Of a stretch of 11,687 nt of DNA, positions 6,430-11,687 are shown in pieces. The DNA is from Planctomycetota bacterium (GTDB taxonomy: Bacteria; Planctomycetota; SZUA-567; H5-PLA8), in NCBI GenBank assembly GCA_038227875.1, contig JBBRPR010000115.1, positions 1-11,687 on the forward strand. Reading direction: 5' to 3'. Each line of letters begins with the position of its first letter. Positions within the stretch are counted from its first letter, which is position 1. The notes under the pieces are model-generated. The model was given only the letters and a program-made list of their open reading frames with translations, was not told the DNA's origin and did no database searches. Made by a program: the position numbers and the translations under genes.

Positions 6430-8439
6430 ATGGCCTCCGCATCGGGTATTCGCGCCGGGCTTGCGTACATCGAACTGTACGCCAACGACGCCCGGCTGGT
6501 CAAAGGACTGAACGCCGCCGCCGCGAAGCTCAAAGCATTCGGGGCGGCCGTGCAGGACATTGGCACGAAAATGTCGCTGGCCGGAGCGGCTATTGTCACG
6601 CCGCTGCTGGCCAGCGCCAAGTCGTTCTCCGATGTCGGTGACGCACTCGACAAAATGTCGGCGCGCACCGGCATTTCCGTCGAGGCATTATCTGAGATCG
6701 GATTCGCTGCCGATCAATCCGGTACGTCGCTGGACGACGTGGAAACCGCCGTACGCAAAATGCAGAAGACCATCGCGGCGTCCGCGGGCGGATCGAAGCA
6801 GGCGATAGCTGCGTTGGCAGAGTTGGGACTTACTGCGGAGCAGCTTCTACGGCTATCCCCGGAAGATCAGTTCACGGCCATCTCCAAGCGACTATCGGAG
6901 ATCTCCGATCCGGCATTGCGCGCGGCCGCGACAATGAGTGTCTTCGGAAAATCTGGCACGGCACTGACGCCCCTGATCGGCGATCTTCAGTCGCTACGCG
7001 CCGAAGCACAGGCGTTGGGATTTACGATGTCCACGGATGCGGCCAAAGCCGCCGCCGCGCTCAACGATGCATTCGGGCGCGTGAAAACTGCCGTGCAGAC
7101 GGTCGCAAACGCCATTGGCGCAGCCCTGACGCCCCTCCTTATAGATGTCTCAAACCAGATCGTGGCAGTTTTGGGCGACATTCGCCGCTGGATTAACGAA
7201 AACAGGGGGCTGATTGTCTCCGCGCTAAAAATCGGCGCGGTGGTAGCTGTCGCTGGAGCCGCCCTGGTTGGATTGGGTGTCGCTCTTGCAACCGCAGGCT
7301 CAATCATTGGCGGCATTGTGTCGGGCATCACGGGTGCCATTTCAGCAATCAGCACCGCCATCACCATCGTCACGTCTTTAGGCCCCATCTTGGCTGCCGC
7401 CGCGTCCGGCATCGCCGCTGTTTTCGGCGCGATCATCACGCCAGCGGGAATCGTCATCGCGCTGCTGATCGGCCTCGCAGCGTATGGAATCTACGCTTCC
7501 GGCGTGGTGGGGCAGGCGCTGGATTACCTCGGCGCGCGATTTGACGACCTCAAAAGCGTCGGAATGGAGTCCCTGCAAGGGATCAAAGATGCCCTGGCGG
7601 CGGGCGATATTTCTTTGGCCGCGCGCATTCTGTGGCTGTCGCTCAAAGCCGCATGGCAGAAGGGCATCTTCGAGCTCAATACCCTCTGGTTGGGCTTCAA
7701 AGAACAGTTCCTGTCCGTCGCCACGGGCGCATTCTACGGAGCCGTCGCGCTCGTCGCCGAAGCGTTCTATGGTTTGAGAACCATTTGGACGCAGACCATC
7801 AACTTCTGGTCCGATGTGCTCGACCGGTTTGCCGGGTTCTTCGTCAAGACCTGGAACGAACTCACCGGCTTTCTCGCCAAACAACTCACCGAACTTGAGG
7901 GCACGTTCGACTCGTCGATCAACGTTACGGCCATCAATAAACAGATCGACCGGGAAACGCAGCAGAAAAATACTCAGGTCTCGCGCCAAAATCTCGACGC
8001 GCGAGTGGGACGCGAAGCGGATTTGCAGGGTATCGAGCAGGAGCGCAAAGGCGTCATCTCTTCCATCGCCGAGATGGCGGGGAAAGAAGATGCCCAGCGC
8101 CGTGCGAAATTTGCGGCCGAACTGACCGACTCCGAAAAGGCGCTCGAAGAGGCGCGCGGCGAATGGAAAGCTGCAATTGAACAGGCGCGCACGCAACGAT
8201 CCGCCAAAGAAACAGAATCAGCCAACCGTGCTCCACTGCCCGAAATCAATCTTCCGGACATCACGCAGCGCGCGCAGTCCGTGCTCGACGTGAGCGGCAC
8301 ATTCAACACTTCAGCCATCGCTCAACTTGGTGTCGGCAGCACCGCGACCGAGCGCACGGCAAAAGCATCCGAAGAGACTGCACGAAACACGAAGCGCATC
8401 ATTCAAAAAATGGACGAAGAAGGAGCGACCTTCGAATAA
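6430..8439 (+). CDS. Phage tail tape measure protein, 669 aa
   Basis: Ala/Gly-rich helical protein with N-terminus IRAGLAYIELYAND and TMP core motifs (LDKMSARTGISVEALSEIGFAADQSG, LSPEDQF, VFGKSGTAL). It has a central hydrophobic stretch and a coiled-coil C-terminus ending ERTAKASEETARNT. Confidence 0.93.
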   Translation: MASASGIRAGLAYIELYANDARLVKGLNAAAAKLKAFGAAVQDIGTKMSLAGAAIVTPLLASAKSFSDVGDALDKMSARTGISVEALSEIGFAADQSGTSLDDVETAVRKMQKTIAASAGGSKQAIAALAELGLTAEQLLRLSPEDQFTAISKRLSEISDPALRAAATMSVFGKSGTALTPLIGDLQSLRAEAQALGFTMSTDAAKAAAALNDAFGRVKTAVQTVANAIGAALTPLLIDVSNQIVAVLGDIRRWINENRGLIVSALKIGAVVAVAGAALVGLGVALATAGSIIGGIVSGITGAISAISTAITIVTSLGPILAAAASGIAAVFGAIITPAGIVIALLIGLAAYGIYASGVVGQALDYLGARFDDLKSVGMESLQGIKDALAAGDISLAARILWLSLKAAWQKGIFELNTLWLGFKEQFLSVATGAFYGAVALVAEAFYGLRTIWTQTINFWSDVLDRFAGFFVKTWNELTGFLAKQLTELEGTFDSSINVTAINKQIDRETQQKNTQVSRQNLDARVGREADLQGIEQERKGVISSIAEMAGKEDAQRRAKFAAELTDSEKALEEARGEWKAAIEQARTQRSAKETESANRAPLPEINLPDITQRAQSVLDVSGTFNTSAIAQLGVGSTATERTAKASEETARNTKRIIQKMDEEGATFE

Positions 8440-9224
8440 TGGCTGGCCAGCTGATCGAACTTTTCAACAGCCGTACTGAAATCTCAGGCGACAAGCCGTC
8501 TGCCGAGTTTCAGTATGTTGCGCTGCAGTGCGCGGATGAGAATGAAGTCCGCACGCTGGCTTATTCAACGTCGCCAGCCGCTTATAGTGGATTGATCCGG
8601 CGCTCCGTAGAAATCTCGGAACGATTGGCGAACGATACATGGAAAGTCGTCGTTCGTTATGACGCGCCGCAGCCCTATGAAGACACGACACCGCAGCCGG
8701 TGTTCTCGTTCGATTCCACGGGCGGCACGCAGCACATCACGCAGAGCATTCAAACCATCAATCGCTACGGCCCATCGGCGTCCACGTTGCTTGGCGGTGC
8801 CATTGGCTACGACGGCGAGAACGTCGCGGGCGTCGACATCACGATCCCTGTCTGGAACTGGCAGGAGACGCACTACCTCACGGACGCCCAGCTCAACACG
8901 CCTGCATACTACGCATTGACCGGCATGGTCAATTCCGATGTGTTCGAAGGCTATCAGCCTGGCGAAGTACTGTTCCTCGGCGCGTCTGGCCAGAAGCGGG
9001 GCGACAGCCGCTGGGAAGTGAACTTCAAATTCGCCGCGTCACCCAACCAAACCGGCATAAGCGTCGGCACCATTACGGGAATCTCGAAGTGGGGATGGGA
9101 CTACCTGTGGGTGCAGTACGGTGAAGACGTGGACAACACGGCCAAAATTCGCATCAAGAAACCCATCGCCGTTTACGTCGAGCAGGTCTACGACGTAGCC
9201 CCGTTCTCCATCCTGGGGATATAG
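8439..9224 (+). CDS. Phage tail-tip protein (distal tail/hub position), 261 aa
   Basis: TAATG-coupled to the tape measure gene. Beta-rich and aromatic-rich (FSFDSTGGTQHITQS, GEVLFLGASG, KWGWDYLWV). Function inferred from position only. Confidence 0.7.
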   Translation: MAGQLIELFNSRTEISGDKPSAEFQYVALQCADENEVRTLAYSTSPAAYSGLIRRSVEISERLANDTWKVVVRYDAPQPYEDTTPQPVFSFDSTGGTQHITQSIQTINRYGPSASTLLGGAIGYDGENVAGVDITIPVWNWQETHYLTDAQLNTPAYYALTGMVNSDVFEGYQPGEVLFLGASGQKRGDSRWEVNFKFAASPNQTGISVGTITGISKWGWDYLWVQYGEDVDNTAKIRIKKPIAVYVEQVYDVAPFSILGI

Positions 9225-9225
9225 C

Positions 9226-10098
9226 TTGAAAAAAGTTGCGTCGGGACAACCACTGCGTATTCCCGCATCCACGTTCAACACGATGGTGGACGCGGCGAGC
9301 GATTTTCAGCGGCGCTCGCTCAATCGTGGCTCCAGTGCCGTGCCGCCTGACACCAAAAATGGCATCATCATTGTTCGCAATCAGTCGGGATCGGATCGTG
9401 ACCGTTTCGATGTGCTTGGTCTATCGACCGTCATCATCACGCCGACACAAAACGCGCAGAAGTTCGCCAGCCGCTGGGCGCTCAACGCGGCGCTTCCCGC
9501 CGCCACACACACTGGCAAGTTCGCGATTCTACAGGAGCCCATCAAGAGCAACGCTTTTGGACTCGCGATGATTGTCGGCGTTTCGCCGGTCTACGTCACG
9601 CGACCGACGGGAGAAACGTCTGAAATCGCCGGTCTCAAGGTAGGGCAAACCTATCTTGAAGCCGGTCTCACGGGCGCGCAGATTTTATGGGAGGATTCGG
9701 GGGGAACGACGCCGCATCTGGCATTGGTGCGCATGCCTGCCGCACTTGATCTGACGATCATCCGCATGCGCGTTACTTCGGTGCAGGGCGATTATCTTGT
9801 CTGCCAACGTTGGACCGGTTCTGCGTGGTCGGCAACGAATGAAAACGTCGTCAAGCCCTATCTGCTGCGCACGTCCGGCACGTCGCGCAACGGCATTACT
9901 TACGTCTACTCGAATGGTTTCACGCGAACGGCGACGCAGGGCGCCAGCAACGAGACACAGGTCATCGTGCCATCGTACTACACCTCCGGCGACGAGGTCT
10001 TCGCCGCACCCGTGAATTACACCGGTGTGGTAGTGGCAACGAACGAACTCAAGCTCGTCGATATCAACGCCGACGGCCGCGCGTGGGCGAAACAGTAA
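9226..10098 (+). CDS. Phage tail-associated structural protein, 290 aa
   Basis: TTG start 1 nt after the previous stop, with GGGGA 6 nt upstream. Coding-like codon usage. Apparent two-domain beta-rich protein ending DINADGRAWAKQ. Confidence 0.7.
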   Translation: MKKVASGQPLRIPASTFNTMVDAASDFQRRSLNRGSSAVPPDTKNGIIIVRNQSGSDRDRFDVLGLSTVIITPTQNAQKFASRWALNAALPAATHTGKFAILQEPIKSNAFGLAMIVGVSPVYVTRPTGETSEIAGLKVGQTYLEAGLTGAQILWEDSGGTTPHLALVRMPAALDLTIIRMRVTSVQGDYLVCQRWTGSAWSATNENVVKPYLLRTSGTSRNGITYVYSNGFTRTATQGASNETQVIVPSYYTSGDEVFAAPVNYTGVVVATNELKLVDINADGRAWAKQ

Positions 10099-10754
10099 TG
10101 GCGACACCATTCGACTCATTCAACCGCAGCCCATTGGATGCGTTCATCCAGAGTCCGCTGCTGGCGCGCGGCGCACCTTCTGGCGGATCGTTCAGCCGCA
10201 CGGCGGCGCTTTCGTTCGCGATCACGCCGACGCCCAGTTACGTGAAATACCCTCAATACTCGCTCTTTATTCCGAGCACGCGGTTCATTCAGCGCTACCA
10301 GAACAGCGGCGGGTCGCTGGTCTTTCTCGATGAATTCACACTCGCCGGCGGCGGCGACATGCTCGTTGGCGCGGGGAAGAGCGGCACGCTCTGGCGGATT
10401 GAACGTGCGCGTACCAGCGTGGCGACAGTTCCCGCCAGCGCGCCTGCAAGCGCGTACTGGCGCGTCCGTGTGCGGGCATCCAATCCGCCGAACGGAATCG
10501 CCGCCGATATTTACATGGCTCACGAGTCGTCGGCATGCACATTTAATGGTCCCGCATCCGGCTGGTATCTCGGCAAGGCAATTCCCAACGTGGACAACTA
10601 CTTCAATCCTGGCGCGCTCATTCCGGGCCAGCGCTACTACCTTTTCTTCCAGGGCGAGAACGACTGGTCTTACATGAACATTTCGAACACGCAGTTCTAC
10701 CAATTCCATGCCAGCAACGACGGCACGGCCATCCGTTTGGAGACTTTCATATGA
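10098..10754 (+). CDS. Hypothetical tail-tip protein, 218 aa, possible receptor-binding/variable module
   Basis: TAATG coupling puts the start at 10098 rather than GTG10083. The stop overlaps the next gene (ATGA 10751-10754). Aromatic-rich beta-type C-terminal region. Confidence 0.65.
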   Translation: MATPFDSFNRSPLDAFIQSPLLARGAPSGGSFSRTAALSFAITPTPSYVKYPQYSLFIPSTRFIQRYQNSGGSLVFLDEFTLAGGGDMLVGAGKSGTLWRIERARTSVATVPASAPASAYWRVRVRASNPPNGIAADIYMAHESSACTFNGPASGWYLGKAIPNVDNYFNPGALIPGQRYYLFFQGENDWSYMNISNTQFYQFHASNDGTAIRLETFI

Positions 10755-11236
10755 TCGGCTTCGGTCTTCGCGGGATGTTCAAGCTGAAGCATTTTCGCTC
10801 CGGCGTGTTGATTGCCGAGCACGCGTTCCCAAACGCCGTCGTGGATCTTGGTGCGAATCTCCTGCTTGAGACGATGTTTCGTGGGGCCGCGCAGCGGAAT
10901 TGGTACATCGGGCTGATCAATAGTGGGCTCATATTGAACAATGCCGACACGATGGGTTCGCACGCAGGTTGGACAGAGCTTGCTGCGTACTCGGAAGGCG
11001 CGCGACCGCAGTGGATCGTGAATAATCCGGCGGCAACTCGGCGGCTCGTCAACGCAGGGCCCGATGCAGGCATCTTTCACTTCACGGCGGCGGCAACACT
11101 GGCAGGCGCGTTCCTATCGGACGATGCCACGAAGGGTGGATCGGCGGGCGTGCTTTTCTGCACGGCAACTGTCACAAGTCTAAGCTTGGTGGCTGGCGAT
11201 GCGGTGACGGTCAGTTATCAATTGCAGATCACTTAA
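10751..11236 (+). CDS. Phage minor tail/tail-fibre-associated structural protein, 161 aa
   Basis: Recognisable phage structural family pattern: N.VV..G.N.LL...F, WYIGLI, ADTM.SH.GWTE...Y...RP.W, GAFL.....KGG..GVLF, GD.VTV.Y. Confidence 0.75.
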   Translation: MIGFGLRGMFKLKHFRSGVLIAEHAFPNAVVDLGANLLLETMFRGAAQRNWYIGLINSGLILNNADTMGSHAGWTELAAYSEGARPQWIVNNPAATRRLVNAGPDAGIFHFTAAATLAGAFLSDDATKGGSAGVLFCTATVTSLSLVAGDAVTVSYQLQIT

Positions 11237-11476
11237 TGCTGGACCGAGCCGCACCGAACTAATAGCGCCTGATTGCGCCTGCCCATGTACAAACACGCTG
11301 CCGTACAACCGCTCTTCACCGCTGGAAATTCCACTGGGATCGTTCGCGGTTGATACGTTCGTGCGTGGCAAGAGGACGGCGAAACGCTGCCGACGAACGG
11401 CTCCGTCTGGCATCCGCCGTCATCGAACGAAAACACAGGCAACCTCTACTTCGATTTCAAGGTGTACTATGATTGA
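11236..11476 (+). pseudogene. Probable degraded (deleted/frameshifted) tail gene
   Basis: The coupled ATG at 11236 stops after 8 codons. One frame reads TELIAPDCACPCTNTLPYNRSSPLEIPLGSFAVDTFVR and another continues WQEDGETLPTNGSVWHPPSSNENTGNLYFDFKVYYD-TGA 11474-11476, overlapping the next start. This is the only large gap in an otherwise tightly packed operon. Confidence 0.5.
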
Positions 11477-11687
11477 TTGCGTCTCAATGGCAGGCGTCTT
11501 TTGTGTGAAGCACATCCGTGACGGCGTAGTTCTTGCTGAGCATGAGCTGCGCAACGCGATCACGAACGTCGGCAAGACCGACATGCTCAATGACTACTTG
11601 GGCACCGGGGGCCTCGCTGGCGGTCAGTGGTTCTTCGGGCTGATTGACAACGCCGCCTTCAGCAGCACCAACGTCGCAGACACGCTC
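11469..11687 (+). CDS. Partial phage structural protein, paralogue of 10751..11236 (runs off the window)
   Basis: AAGGTG then ATG11469: MIDCVSMAGVFCVKHIRDGVVLAEHELRNAITNVGKTDMLNDYLGTGGLAGGQWFFGLIDNAAFSSTNVADTL. It aligns with MIGFGLRGMFKLKHFRSGVLIAEHAFPNAVVDLGANLLLETMF...WYIGLINSG...NADTM. Confidence 0.8.
   Translation, partial: MIDCVSMAGVFCVKHIRDGVVLAEHELRNAITNVGKTDMLNDYLGTGGLAGGQWFFGLIDNAAFSSTNVADTL

Larger units (their letters stand above)
4121..11687 (+). mobile_element. Prophage tail/lysis module (siphovirus-like, non-contractile), truncated at its left end and continuing past the window
   Basis: Co-oriented, translationally coupled GC-rich genes (ATGA 5844, TAGATG 6427, TAATG 8437/10096/11234, ATGA 10751) in the canonical order: tail completion, major tail, chaperone with frameshift, tape measure, tail tip. 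No sheath, head or integrase gene is in the window. Confidence 0.9.

Noticed and set aside
7200..7520. Long hydrophobic Gly/Ala/Ile stretch suggesting a separate membrane transporter
   Set aside because: It lies in frame within the tape measure protein, where such segments are common.
4099..11442. Numerous minus-strand and alternate-frame ORFs over the phage genes (e.g. 5601..6359, 7378..8196, 10116..10709, 11233..11442)
   Set aside because: Shadow ORFs expected in GC-rich coding DNA; no motifs or RBS.
11285..11476. TGA read-through (recoding) joining ATG11285 to TGA11476 across TGA 11351
   Set aside because: TGA is used as a normal coupled stop elsewhere in the operon (5847, 6056, 10754), and the upstream half reads better in a different frame, so an indel is the simpler explanation.
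1..11687. CRISPR array, tRNA/rRNA, diversity-generating retroelement repeats, contractile injection system
   Set aside because: I saw no repeat-spacer periodicity, RNA gene signature, near-identical TR/VR pair, reverse transcriptase, sheath or baseplate wedge genes by eye.

Overview
The window has two blocks joined through a short rearranged patch. Left block (1-~3980, AT-richer; sampled 60-mers 35-45% GC): the 3' end of a + strand helical-repeat gene converges on a minus-strand two-gene unit. That unit encodes an animal-type peptidylarginine deiminase (PAD) with all four catalytic residues but most Ca2+ ligands replaced, followed 22 nt later by a signal-peptide HEAT-repeat protein; this resembles an effector/partner or toxin/immunity cassette. 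Middle (~3979-4120): an orphan single ankyrin-repeat fragment between two apparent breakpoints. Right block (4121-end, GC-rich, sampled ~65%): a siphovirus-type prophage tail operon resembling Planctomycetota prophages. It contains a 5'-truncated gp10-like gene, major tail protein, a tail assembly chaperone with a three-part -1 frameshift signal (SD-like, T TTT TTC, perfect 12-bp inverted repeat), a holin plus overlapping spanin-like pair with no endolysin, a 669-aa tape measure protein and several tail-tip genes, including a paralogous pair flanking a broken gene. The 1164-aa ORF in the track is an artefact: only its C-terminal ~685-715 aa are real. All family assignments come from motif recognition by eye; no searches were run.
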